Source: an uncultured Algimonas sp. (GTDB lineage: Bacteria; Pseudomonadota; Alphaproteobacteria; Caulobacterales; Maricaulaceae). Taken from it: DNA of 64,000 bases. Both the position numbers and the translations under genes were made by a program. Shown here piece by piece: positions 46,906 to 56,607 of this stretch (position 1 is its first letter; each line of letters begins with the position of its first letter). The DNA is taken from assembly GCA_964352855.1 (NCBI GenBank), contig CAYGTR010000013.1, positions 3,782 through 67,781 on the forward strand, given 5' to 3'. Under the pieces are notes generated by a model that did not search any database, had not been told where the DNA came from, and was given only the letters and a program-made list of their open reading frames with translations.

Positions 46906-48321
46906 ATGTCCGACACACAGACATTATCGAACGAAGCGACGCAACTCCCTGACACTTGGTTTGGCGAGATGAGCGCTTTATTGCGTCTGGGTGTCCCTAT
47001 GGCGCTCACGCAGCTCGTGCAATTCTCTATTTATTTTGTCGATGCTGTTATGGTGGGGCGGTTGTCTCCTGTGGATATTGCTGCAGTCGGAATTGGGGGT
47101 GTGATCATATTCCTCGTATGGATGATAGGCGGAGGCCCGGCCATCGCCGTCTCTCCATTAGCGTCACAAGCTTTAGGTGCAAATTCGCGGGATACGAGAG
47201 ATGTAAGACGGTCTGTACGTATGGCATTGTGGTGCATCTTTGGGCTAACGCCATTTATTTTTATCATATTATTTCTGGTGAAGCCCATTGCTTTGTTTTT
47301 GGGTCAAGATCCGGAGGCGACACGGCGCGCGCAATCCTATGTTTTAGCCGTTGGCTTAGGCTTACCCTTTACATTGGCGACTTTGGCCTTGCGAAATTTT
47401 CTCGCAGCCCTTGATAAGACATTCATTCCTTTTGTCATCATAACGGTCGTCGTCATTCTAAATGCCGGGTTTAATGCATTATTGATCTTTGGGCTCTTTG
47501 GCTTCCCGCGACTCGAGCTTGTCGGTGCCGGGCTTGCATCATCGCTTGCAGCTGCAATCGGTTTTCTCATCTTTATTCTCTATATCGAATGGGATAAGCG
47601 TGCGCGGACTTTTGAAATTTTCAAAAATATTGTCCACCCTGATTGGGAACGCTTGCGAGATGTTATTCGGCTGGGATGGCCCATTTCGGTTACGATGATA
47701 TTTGAAGGGATGTTATTCAATGCAGGCCTTTTGATTGTTGGCGTGATTGGGGTTATTGAACAAGCTGCTTATCAGATTTCTCTGAATGTCGCATCATTGG
47801 CTTTCATGTTGCCTTATGGGATGAGCATGGCAGGGGCCGTGCGTATCGGTTTAGCGAAAGGCGCAGATAATTTACCGGCACAAAAGCGCGCGACAACCAC
47901 GACTATTTTGGCATCAATTATTGCTATTGGCGTTTTTGCTATTCCCATGGCGATTGTGCCAGAAGCAATCGCTGCGCTTTATTTGGATTTGAATAGGCCG
48001 GAAAACCAAGAGGTGATAATGTTTGTCTTAGCTTTTGTTCCGATTGCAGCCGCTTTTGCCTTTTTTGATGCGCTACAAGTAGCCTGTAATCAGTTGTTAC
48101 GTGGCCTAAAAGACGTGAAAGCGACGATGATTATCGCAGGTGTAAGCTACTGGTTTATTGGCTTCCCTATCGCTATCTATCTTGCACTTTACACAGACCA
48201 AAAAGCTAAAGGCGTCTGGTATGGTCTGATGGCAGGTCTTTTTGCAGCGTCTATCTTCCTCGGAATAAGGCTTGCGCAGCAGCTTCGACAGGGTCGGGTT
48301 CAGATGGGGGAGCCTCAATAG
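46906..48321 (+). CDS. MATE-family efflux transporter
   Basis: 471 aa, 12 predicted TM segments. N-terminal L.LG.PMALTQL..F....VD..MVGRL is typical of NorM-type MATE proteins. Confidence 0.85.
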   Translation: MSDTQTLSNEATQLPDTWFGEMSALLRLGVPMALTQLVQFSIYFVDAVMVGRLSPVDIAAVGIGGVIIFLVWMIGGGPAIAVSPLASQALGANSRDTRDVRRSVRMALWCIFGLTPFIFIILFLVKPIALFLGQDPEATRRAQSYVLAVGLGLPFTLATLALRNFLAALDKTFIPFVIITVVVILNAGFNALLIFGLFGFPRLELVGAGLASSLAAAIGFLIFILYIEWDKRARTFEIFKNIVHPDWERLRDVIRLGWPISVTMIFEGMLFNAGLLIVGVIGVIEQAAYQISLNVASLAFMLPYGMSMAGAVRIGLAKGADNLPAQKRATTTTILASIIAIGVFAIPMAIVPEAIAALYLDLNRPENQEVIMFVLAFVPIAAAFAFFDALQVACNQLLRGLKDVKATMIIAGVSYWFIGFPIAIYLALYTDQKAKGVWYGLMAGLFAASIFLGIRLAQQLRQGRVQMGEPQ

Positions 48322-48637
48322 GCTCTCCGATTAAAACCTCGGCTGCGGCGTCACTTTCTATCTCCACAATCCAAATGTCTGGATCCTCATCAACACGGCG
48401 GTTCAAGCGTATATCCAAGCTTGATTGGTCTGGTATCACCTCCGGCCACCAAATACGGTTGCCGGAAAAGTCACGTTCAGGCGCATAATAAGTCAAATTT
48501 TCTCCGTGACGTATAATGATCAAGGTGATGCCGGCATCAGTGTCGCCTTTGCGTAAAACGGTCGCGAAGCCGTTCATAGACTGCACACGACGGATAAGCG
48601 CTGAGACCCAAAATTCTGATTTTAAGCGCGGCGTCAT
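48251..48637 (-). CDS. DUF1491-family protein
   Basis: MTPRLKSEFWVSALIRRV......ATVLRKGD.DAG is the conserved alphaproteobacterial DUF1491 N-terminus (recalled). The ORF extends to 48655. Confidence 0.65.
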   Translation of the reverse strand: MTPRLKSEFWVSALIRRVQSMNGFATVLRKGDTDAGITLIIIRHGENLTYYAPERDFSGNRIWWPEVIPDQSSLDIRLNRRVDEDPDIWIVEIESDAAAEVLIGEPIEAPPSEPDPVEAAAQALFRGR

Positions 48638-48747
48638 TGTCCGCTCTCGCCCCAATTGGGAACAGTTTGTATTATTTTCGCCTCTTGAGGCATATTTGGC
48701 ATCCCACTTGCTTGGTTAAGCTCATGTTAATCATGAGGCCTCGGACA

Positions 48748-51417
48748 ATGTCCCAATTTCGTCAAAAAACATTAAAAACTGCGGCGGTTTCGGCCCTTTT
48801 AATAGCAGGCCCCTCTGCTGTCACGGCAAATGCAGCGATTAATAATCCGGGGCTAAAAACGCCTGTTGCCCGCACGATTGCCACAACAGTTCCGCTGACA
48901 AAGCTGGACTTTGTTCAAAACAGCCCTGTTTTGGATTGGCGTAATCCCGCCTATACGTTAAAATTTGACATTTCTGATACAGATTGGACATCTGCCTTAA
49001 AACTCATTCTATCTGTTGATCCGGTCGGCCCAGTCTCGGGCGATGCGCCCATTTATGTTCAGTTTAATACAGATAAGCCCGTCAAATTAAATACGCGCAG
49101 CAGCGGCTTTGACGCACGTGTTGAACTCGATCCCGCGAAAGTACGTCCGCGCGGGAATACTTTACGTGTCTATTATGACTCGCCAATAGGCTCAGATTGT
49201 TTAAAATCGGAACATGGAGCTTGGGTCATTAATTTAGAGGCCTCTCAACTTATTCAACGCAGTCATGCAAAAAGTCAGAATTTGCGTGTGAGCGATATCG
49301 AAACGCATCTTTCAAATCCTCTGACGGCCCCGACTTCCGTAGGTATTATTTCACGCGGCCCTGGTGCCACAGCCTTACAAAGCCTTCTGGCCCAAGGCAT
49401 CGGCCTGCGCATGGACATGCCGCCCAAATTCACAACGGTAAAGGGCTATGGCCAGTTGGAATTCATCGCGGGACGTCGGGATCAAATTGCGCTTTATGTG
49501 AAGAGTGAAACTGTTTTGAATACGCATGGGCCCCGCCTTATTGTGGACGAAGGCCGTCCGATGACAGTTATACTCACAGGAGACACCGACGCGGAAGTGC
49601 TAAATCTGGTAAAGCAATTTGCAACACACCACTTACCTAATACGCGCCGCACAATTACCAGTACAGGCGAAATTGTGATGCAGTCCAAGCTTGCGGACGC
49701 GCATATAGTTGTGTCTGGCAGTACAAAATTGGCAAAGCTAGGCAGTACAGCGTTTGATCCAAGTTGGAATCCAACGGATCAGATTCTGACATTTGACGTC
49801 GAAGATCCGGTTGGAAGCCAAGGCGAGATCGTTCTGCGTTTAGCCAGTCCTGAATCCGTTTTAAATAAGGACGGCTCATTGGTCTTGGATTTAAATGGTC
49901 ACGCATTGGGACAAACAAAGCTCAATAAAACGCGGAAGTCCGTGGCCTTTAAAGTGCCTGCCGGTATTCTGCGTGGACAAGACAACAGTCTGCGTATGAG
50001 TCCAGACCTAAACATTGAACCCACTGGTCAGTGCGCTGCGCAAGCTTATACAGATAATGGTATTTATTTGGGTGAAGGCTCAAAACTGACTCTGACACAG
50101 TCACATGAAACGCCCTTGACGGATTTATCACGTTTAGCCGCAACGGGAGCGCCCTTTTCAGACGTTGAAGGCAAAGAAACTCTGATTGTTCTACCGCGCA
50201 ACAATGCGGACTATAATGTTGCGGTTGGCCTATTGGCGGCTCTGGCTAAAGCAAGCGGCCAAAGCTGGACAGATGCAAGCTTCACACGCGATGCTGAAGC
50301 CATCGACACATTGGCTGACAATAGAAATATACTGTTTCTTGTGCCTTCAATGGAATTACCAAGTGCCGTCAAAACGACCGCGCCGCGAACATTTCAATCG
50401 GCTCTCCGCGGTCAAACATTTGAGGGAGATAATCTATTAAATGCAGAAATTGATAGATATGCAAGCGCAGATGAAATGGACGCCTATCGCTCTCTCGCGG
50501 CCAAAACGGCGTCGCGTAACCGCGTGAACCGGGGAGGTGCCGCTGCCATTTACCGCTCACCCTATGGTACAGATAAACTTGTCGGTGTCATAACCAATGT
50601 TCCGGGTGAATCGTTCAAAGACGCTGTTATAGCGTTACAACAACCCGAACATTGGAATGCCATTGAAGGCAGCGTCGCACGATGGTCAGAGACAACTGTT
50701 CTCATGGCCGAATTATCCTCTGACATACCAGGATTTGTGAGAGCCAAGAGGGACAAACCTGTTTTGGATATACCAGAATTTGAATTACCCGGTTTAGAAT
50801 TCGTTCAATACAGGCTTGCAGATTTTGAATGGCCCAAAATGGCTAGTTTGGAAGCGCCCAACATCAATTGGGGGTCATTTAAGTTTTGGGAGCGTGACAA
50901 TATAGCGGGAGAAACTCTCCCAACTATGCCTGCGCCTGAATTACGAACAGTTAGTGTTAATTCCCGTGAGAGTTTTTTAGATACAGTTTTATCAGGAAAA
51001 CAATTAATAGAGCGCAGCACAGCAATCACATTCAATGCAGAAACGTTACAACTGCGTGGGCTATCTGTTGTTCCGAATACACCCACAAATAAACAAGATC
51101 TGTTTGGCAATATTGAACTAAAATCTAAAGCAACATCAGCCTTAAAATGGACAAATCTAAAATGGGATGATCTGAAAACCAATATTTCGAATTTCAAGAT
51201 TGAAGATAAGATATCCTCTCTTCAAAGAGATGTTCGGCCTTTGGGTCAATCTTGGCGCGCCAAGCTTCGCAGTGTGTCTGTTCCCGGTCAATCCATGGCG
51301 AAGTGGGGACTCAACCAAATGAGCGCAGCGGCTCTATTATTAATATTGACCTTTAGCTTAGTTGTCGTTTTTCTAGGCTTTTCATCGCCCGAAAATAGGA
51401 CGGGCAGACACCATTAA
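48748..51417 (+). CDS. large secreted protein with C-terminal TM anchor, BcsB-like (cellulose synthase regulatory subunit family?)
   Basis: Signal peptide MSQFRQKTLKTAAVSALLIAGPSAVTANA. Two copies of a BcsB-type pattern: (...LKFDISD...LKLILSVDP...IYVQFN...VELDPAKVRPRGNTLRVYY) and (...ILTFDVED...IVLRLASP...LVLDLNGHALGQTKL...FKVPAGILRGQDNSLRM). C-terminal TM AAALLLILTFSLVVVFLGF. The family call is from recalled patterns only. Confidence 0.45.
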   Translation: MSQFRQKTLKTAAVSALLIAGPSAVTANAAINNPGLKTPVARTIATTVPLTKLDFVQNSPVLDWRNPAYTLKFDISDTDWTSALKLILSVDPVGPVSGDAPIYVQFNTDKPVKLNTRSSGFDARVELDPAKVRPRGNTLRVYYDSPIGSDCLKSEHGAWVINLEASQLIQRSHAKSQNLRVSDIETHLSNPLTAPTSVGIISRGPGATALQSLLAQGIGLRMDMPPKFTTVKGYGQLEFIAGRRDQIALYVKSETVLNTHGPRLIVDEGRPMTVILTGDTDAEVLNLVKQFATHHLPNTRRTITSTGEIVMQSKLADAHIVVSGSTKLAKLGSTAFDPSWNPTDQILTFDVEDPVGSQGEIVLRLASPESVLNKDGSLVLDLNGHALGQTKLNKTRKSVAFKVPAGILRGQDNSLRMSPDLNIEPTGQCAAQAYTDNGIYLGEGSKLTLTQSHETPLTDLSRLAATGAPFSDVEGKETLIVLPRNNADYNVAVGLLAALAKASGQSWTDASFTRDAEAIDTLADNRNILFLVPSMELPSAVKTTAPRTFQSALRGQTFEGDNLLNAEIDRYASADEMDAYRSLAAKTASRNRVNRGGAAAIYRSPYGTDKLVGVITNVPGESFKDAVIALQQPEHWNAIEGSVARWSETTVLMAELSSDIPGFVRAKRDKPVLDIPEFELPGLEFVQYRLADFEWPKMASLEAPNINWGSFKFWERDNIAGETLPTMPAPELRTVSVNSRESFLDTVLSGKQLIERSTAITFNAETLQLRGLSVVPNTPTNKQDLFGNIELKSKATSALKWTNLKWDDLKTNISNFKIEDKISSLQRDVRPLGQSWRAKLRSVSVPGQSMAKWGLNQMSAAALLLILTFSLVVVFLGFSSPENRTGRHH

Positions 51418-51421
51418 TCGA

Positions 51422-53056
51422 CTAAGTCGCGCGTTTTAGGGGCAGGGAGATGTTCACTTCTGTTCCCTCCCCTATTTCGCTCTGAATATCGAAAAGACCG
51501 ATATGAAGCTCAGTGAGTGACTTGACCAGAGAGAGACCAAGCCCACTGCCTCTTTCGTCAGATGTTAATCCACTTGTGGATTGCGCATAAGGCGATCCGA
51601 TTCGCACCAAATCGTCGGCACTAATGCCCTCGCCTTGATCCGTCACACGGATATTGAGATAGCCGTCTTTATTCGCACCCACGATCGTCACACGTCCGCC
51701 TTTCTTTGAAAACTTCACAGCATTCGACAAAAGATTGAGCAATATTTGACGGACGGCTTTGCGGTCAGCTTCGACCAAAAGCGCTTCTTCAGAGTCTATT
51801 TCAACCCCTAGCGTGACTTCCGCCGCATCGGCGGATGGACGGATCATTTTGACGGAACTGCGAATAACGTCTGCGGCGTCAAATGTATCATATTGCAGTG
51901 AATATTTCCCGGCTTCCACTTTTGATAGGTCCAAAACATCCCCAATCAGGTCCAACATATGTTGCCCGCTATCATGGATCAAATCCGCATATTCCGCATA
52001 TTTTGATGGGAGAGGCCCAAAAAGACGCGAACGCATCATATCAGAAAATCCGATAATGGCATTCAGCGGTGTGCGCAGCTCATGACTCACACCTGCAAAA
52101 AATAGCGTTTTTTCATCCGTGCCTTGAGAGGTGACCGCATACGTTCGACGCAGCTCTTCAAAGCGTTCGTCTTCTTCTGTCCTATCAATTGCATGCAAAA
52201 CAACGCCACCGTCTTTGTGGGGGAAAAGATAGCTATCAAAAACACTCACCCTGTCTGCTTCACGCCTGAGGCCCAGTCGGACGGTTTCTGATTGGCCAAA
52301 TTGTTTGGCACGTTGAGCGGCTTGGCTCAATAAATTTTGTTCGGAAGGATCATAAGCAATAAGTGTGTCAAGTGTAAGGGGGCTCTCTGCATCACCAATA
52401 CCAAATGCAGCTTGTGCCTCTTTATTCGTTGTGATGAGATCCCCATTCGCCGCAAAGCGCAGCACACTCCCTGACAGAGTTTCATAAGGATTATCGTCAA
52501 TCGCTTTACGCTGATTGCCGTTATAAATTCCGTTGCCCGGTCGATGTTGTGATGCTGCAAAGAGCGTGCTGATCACTAAAGCAATCGCCCCCATAATACC
52601 CGCTTGTTGGGCCCAAAGAGACTGAGCGGTATTGAGCGGGCTGTCAGGCAAAGCGCCTTTTAATGAGGCATAATAAAGCAAAGCTGTGAAAACAGCTGAA
52701 ACTACCAAAGCCTCGACAATTTTTGCCTGTTTGAACAAAGCTGCAATCACGGGCGCGGCAATAAATAGAATTGCCAGCGGTAAAAATCCAACAAATAAGC
52801 AAGCGATGATGGCAAGGGACAACCACGACAGAATAACCAATATTTGCGCCCATTCTTTCTGAACAAAAGGACTGACTATAATACCAAGCACGCCAGGAAA
52901 GGCTGCAATCCCAGCAATTAAGCCTAAATCGAAATAGGTTTGACCGCGCAGCAAACCTGCAATGAAGGCTGCTAAAATGACGCCAAGCCAAATAAAGCTA
53001 GGCACCAATATGGCCCGTTTATTAAAAGTCTGAGTCAAATCATTTCCTTCTGACAT
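51422..53056 (-). CDS. membrane sensor histidine kinase, DivJ/PleC/PdhS-like
   Basis: About 5-6 N-terminal TM segments. H-box FFAGVSHELRTPLNAIIGFSDMM followed by FGPL...KY.EYA.LI..SG.HMLDLIGDVLDLSKVEAGK, which resembles the DivK-kinase family. HATPase N/G1/G2 boxes (LLNLLSNAVKF, DQGEGI, GSGLGLSL). Confidence 0.85.
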   Translation of the reverse strand: MSEGNDLTQTFNKRAILVPSFIWLGVILAAFIAGLLRGQTYFDLGLIAGIAAFPGVLGIIVSPFVQKEWAQILVILSWLSLAIIACLFVGFLPLAILFIAAPVIAALFKQAKIVEALVVSAVFTALLYYASLKGALPDSPLNTAQSLWAQQAGIMGAIALVISTLFAASQHRPGNGIYNGNQRKAIDDNPYETLSGSVLRFAANGDLITTNKEAQAAFGIGDAESPLTLDTLIAYDPSEQNLLSQAAQRAKQFGQSETVRLGLRREADRVSVFDSYLFPHKDGGVVLHAIDRTEEDERFEELRRTYAVTSQGTDEKTLFFAGVSHELRTPLNAIIGFSDMMRSRLFGPLPSKYAEYADLIHDSGQHMLDLIGDVLDLSKVEAGKYSLQYDTFDAADVIRSSVKMIRPSADAAEVTLGVEIDSEEALLVEADRKAVRQILLNLLSNAVKFSKKGGRVTIVGANKDGYLNIRVTDQGEGISADDLVRIGSPYAQSTSGLTSDERGSGLGLSLVKSLTELHIGLFDIQSEIGEGTEVNISLPLKRAT

Positions 53057-53204
53057 CTTAACTTAACATAAAGCATGTTTCTTAAGGCTTTTGGCCAGTC
53101 AATTCGCGCCAGAGGCGTAATTTTATAAGGTTTTCGGCCATCATTTGCGCCTTAGTGCTATAATGCCCCTTGTTCCAAAGGGATACGCCGTTTATTTCCT
53201 CACC

Positions 53205-53633
53205 ATGATAGATAATTTACCCGAAAACATTTGTGACATGATTTCAGACTTCGAATTTCTCGATAATTGGGAAGATCGTTATGTCCACGTCATTGATATG
53301 GGCAAATCCCTCCCACCGCTGGAGCTCGCCTTCAAAACCGACGCCACAAAAGTCAAAGGCTGTGTGAGCCAAGTTTGGTTGGTAAGCGAAAAAAAAGGTA
53401 ATACCGACCCTGTTTTAACATTCCGCGGCGATAGCGACGCCCATATCGTTAAAGGATTGGTTGCTGTCGTTCTGGAAATATTCTCAGGCCGCAAAGCCTC
53501 GGAAATTTTGGCCCTGGATGCAAAATCCATTTTAGAGAAACTAAAATTAGCAGAACACCTCTCCCCCCAACGCTCTAATGGGCTTCAAGCGATGATCGGT
53601 CGGATTAAAGCCGAAGCTGAAAGCTTCGCCTAA
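53205..53633 (+). CDS. sufE: SufE-family cysteine desulfuration protein
   Basis: FEFLDNWEDRY...I..G and the conserved Cys in KVKGCVSQVWL. The ORF extends to 53145. Confidence 0.85.
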   Translation: MIDNLPENICDMISDFEFLDNWEDRYVHVIDMGKSLPPLELAFKTDATKVKGCVSQVWLVSEKKGNTDPVLTFRGDSDAHIVKGLVAVVLEIFSGRKASEILALDAKSILEKLKLAEHLSPQRSNGLQAMIGRIKAEAESFA

Positions 53634-53636
53634 GAC

Positions 53637-54485
53637 CTAATCGAAAACTGAGGCGATTGACGTCGGTGTAATGCCCTCGCGAAGGTCTCTGATTTCATAA
53701 TACATAGCGGCGACGGCTGATGCATTTATCATAACTGTAATGGCCTGTGCCAAGGCGGATGACAGAGCGTAAACAATCCAGAAAAGAACAGACCCTCCCG
53801 TGAGCGTTGCTGTAGTAACATTACCAAAAGGCATAGCGACCAATGTCAAAACGGCCGACAGAACCATGGAAAGAACCGTCAAAATAATGACAACCAAAAG
53901 AATCCACCGTTTGTAACCTTTGGTCAATTGCCATGAGCGGCTGAGGGAGTCTAAAACGCCACGTTTTTCCACTAACAAAACAGGCACTGCGATATACCAT
54001 CCCAATAACAAAAATATCCCTGGAATAATCAAGAGTATAAAACCTATACTCACGCCCAGCATATAGAGGACGACTAGACCGAGAACGGGAAACAGAAATC
54101 GGAGGGCAACCTTACCGGATTGCTTCAGACTAACCGGCTCGCCTGCAAAGTCCTTGAAGCAAGCATGTACGAGGACTGATTGTAATAAAATTGACAGGAA
54201 TATGTAAAGAACGAACCCTACAATAGAGGCCGTTACAGTGCCTGCAATCGCGGCATCTGAGAATTCAGTATCAGAAAGCAAGCCAGCGCCGCCATTGATA
54301 AAAAGCGGCCATAAACCAATCAAAAACATGGGCAAACCCGCAATTATGAAAGATATAATTGTGAACTTCACTGCATTATTTTTGATCGCTGAGAATGTGC
54401 GCCCTAAAACGCGACCGACATCAAATTGAGGTTTTGGCGATTGCCATTCATATTTAGGTGGCGTTTCGCTAGTTTGATCAACCAT
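53637..54485 (-). CDS. polytopic membrane protein of unknown function
   Basis: Six or more hydrophobic segments and a short hydrophilic N-terminus. I prefer the start at the ATG at 54485 (MVDQTSE) because the longer ORF would overlap the HNH gene. Confidence 0.6.
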   Translation of the reverse strand: MVDQTSETPPKYEWQSPKPQFDVGRVLGRTFSAIKNNAVKFTIISFIIAGLPMFLIGLWPLFINGGAGLLSDTEFSDAAIAGTVTASIVGFVLYIFLSILLQSVLVHACFKDFAGEPVSLKQSGKVALRFLFPVLGLVVLYMLGVSIGFILLIIPGIFLLLGWYIAVPVLLVEKRGVLDSLSRSWQLTKGYKRWILLVVIILTVLSMVLSAVLTLVAMPFGNVTTATLTGGSVLFWIVYALSSALAQAITVMINASAVAAMYYEIRDLREGITPTSIASVFD

Positions 54486-54505
54486 GGTATCCCCAATCAA
54501 AAGTT

Positions 54506-55090
54506 TCAGTCTTTTAATTCTACATCCCAATAAAGATAGTCAAGCCAACTTTCGTGCAAATGGTTGGGAGGAAAGCGGCGACCCTGTGCCTGCAATTGAT
54601 GCATCGTGGGTTGAAAGGGCATCACAATTGGGTGCATGCCCGCGTCTTTTGGAAGACGTCCGCCTTTTTTAAGATTACATTTCGAACAGGCTGCCGCGAT
54701 ATTAGTCCATGTCGTTTTTCCGCCTAAACGCCGCGGAATCACATGATCAAAGGTTAATTCCGTCTCGCTATGGCAATAAACACATTCAAAACCGTCGCGC
54801 AAAAAGAGATTAAAACGGGTGAAAGCGGGTGTTCTGTTTTGTGGAACATAGTCTTTTAAAGCGACAACACTCGGCATTTGCATTTCAAAGCTAGCCGACC
54901 GTACACATTGTTCATAATGGTCGACAACACTGACCCGTTCCAGAAACACCGCCTTTATCGCATCCTGCCAAGACCAAAGTGAGAGTGGGAAGTAAGACAG
55001 TGGTTGATAATCAGCGTTTAAAATCAGGCAAGGGTAGTTCCCTTGCTTAACAGGTTTGGCTTCCAAAAAGTCAATGCCATCCAGACTCAT
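54506..55090 (-). CDS. HNH endonuclease family protein
   Basis: CVYCHSETELTFDHVIPRRLGGKTTWTNIAAACSKCNLKKG (CxxC...DH...N...CxxC HNH/zinc motif). Confidence 0.85.
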   Translation of the reverse strand: MSLDGIDFLEAKPVKQGNYPCLILNADYQPLSYFPLSLWSWQDAIKAVFLERVSVVDHYEQCVRSASFEMQMPSVVALKDYVPQNRTPAFTRFNLFLRDGFECVYCHSETELTFDHVIPRRLGGKTTWTNIAAACSKCNLKKGGRLPKDAGMHPIVMPFQPTMHQLQAQGRRFPPNHLHESWLDYLYWDVELKD

Positions 55091-55368
55091 TTCTGAGACC
55101 CCTTCTTTGTTATGAAATGAAAAGAAAAGCTATCAATCATGCTTTCAAAGAAAGCCCTTTTGGAAATATAAATTAAACGATTACTGAAACCTATCTCCTG
55201 AAATCAGCTATTCCGATTCGTATATAACTAACCAGAAAGACAGAGATGTGACAAGCACAAGACGAAAAAGTGTCAATTTGTCCGTCTTCGCCAATATTCA
55301 TATAAGGTTAACGCGGATAGCTGCAATTAGACCTCGTAGCACAACATCAAAGCACGTTAAGCAGAGAT

Positions 55369-56607
55369 ATGCGATTCGGTTTTTTAACGCTTTTAACTGT
55401 CACAGCCCTGGTGGCTTGGCCTGTTGATAGTGTTTCACAAATAATAGATCTGTCGGAACCAACAACGCGAAACGTAACACCACGTTTGCAAGTGGGAAAA
55501 CGTATGGCCTCCCTGCAAGTTAAAAATGGATTTGAACTCTCTGAGGTCGCCACAGGACTTGGAAAAATATCAGCCCTAGCACTTAATGGGCAAGGCATGA
55601 TCTATACAGCCGATCCACAATCCGGGCGCATTTGGCAATTATCGGACCGCAATAATGATGGTCGCGTGGATACGAAACGCGCGCTTCCTTATAGATTTGA
55701 CACGCCGACAGGATTAGCGGCTCACAATGAACGCCTTTATGTCTCGGATCAAAATGCGATTTGGGTTATGAAGGGACTTATGCCACCTGAGAAGCTCGCC
55801 GGTTTAAGACAAGCACAATCGCTTGGTCGTCCTCACCCGCTTGCCATTTCAGACGATGGAAAGACCCTTTACCTTAGCCTGACAACAACAGAGACCACCG
55901 CAAAACTCTTATCGATTAACACCGAAAGTGGTACAGCCAATTTAATTGAGAGCCTCTCAACAGATGAACGAGTTCAAGCTTTGTCGTCTTTAGGTCAAGA
56001 CACCCCCTGGGTGTTGCTATCCCATAGCTTGGGCCCATCACTCTCCCGAATCACGAAACTTAACTCAACTCGCGAATTTAAAGGTTTGGCTTTACCTGTG
56101 TCTGATACGAATTGGCCTGTGGTGTTTTCTCAACACATTATACTCTCAGAACATTCCGCAGATGATTATTCCGTGATCGCCGTGCCTGCACAATTGGGCA
56201 AACCCACTGAAGCAGGGGAAAAGCTTTTGACAGGTTTTCTATCTTCAACAGGACGGTCTGCTTGGGGCGCGCCCGGCGCGATGGTGTTTGATAAACACGG
56301 CTTGATCATTTCTGACAGCTTTAACGGCGATCTTTATCGCTTAAGTGCGTCTAAAGACACGCCCCCTAAAGCAGAAGCGTCCGAGTCAGTTTCCAATTCT
56401 AAAATTGAGGCGAGCGAGGAAATATTGCCGAAAGTGCCGCTTACGACAAATACCGGCAGTCAAATTAAGAGCCTAAGCACCATCGGTTCGGCATCAACGT
56501 TAGATATTGGTTCGACAATTATTCGAGATTACAAACCATTATCATTAGAAAATGAAAACGCCGAGGAGAACTCAAAGAAAGAACCTGACGAAAAAAAGCC
56601 TAATTAA
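55369..56607 (+). CDS. secreted protein, possibly beta-propeller (sorbosone/glucose dehydrogenase-like), with acidic low-complexity tail
   Basis: Signal peptide MRFGFLTLLTVTALVAWP. GRIWQLSDRNNDGRVD and GLIISDSFNGDLYRL resemble GSDH-family blades. The family call is weak. Confidence 0.4.
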   Translation: MRFGFLTLLTVTALVAWPVDSVSQIIDLSEPTTRNVTPRLQVGKRMASLQVKNGFELSEVATGLGKISALALNGQGMIYTADPQSGRIWQLSDRNNDGRVDTKRALPYRFDTPTGLAAHNERLYVSDQNAIWVMKGLMPPEKLAGLRQAQSLGRPHPLAISDDGKTLYLSLTTTETTAKLLSINTESGTANLIESLSTDERVQALSSLGQDTPWVLLSHSLGPSLSRITKLNSTREFKGLALPVSDTNWPVVFSQHIILSEHSADDYSVIAVPAQLGKPTEAGEKLLTGFLSSTGRSAWGAPGAMVFDKHGLIISDSFNGDLYRLSASKDTPPKAEASESVSNSKIEASEEILPKVPLTTNTGSQIKSLSTIGSASTLDIGSTIIRDYKPLSLENENAEENSKKEPDEKKPN

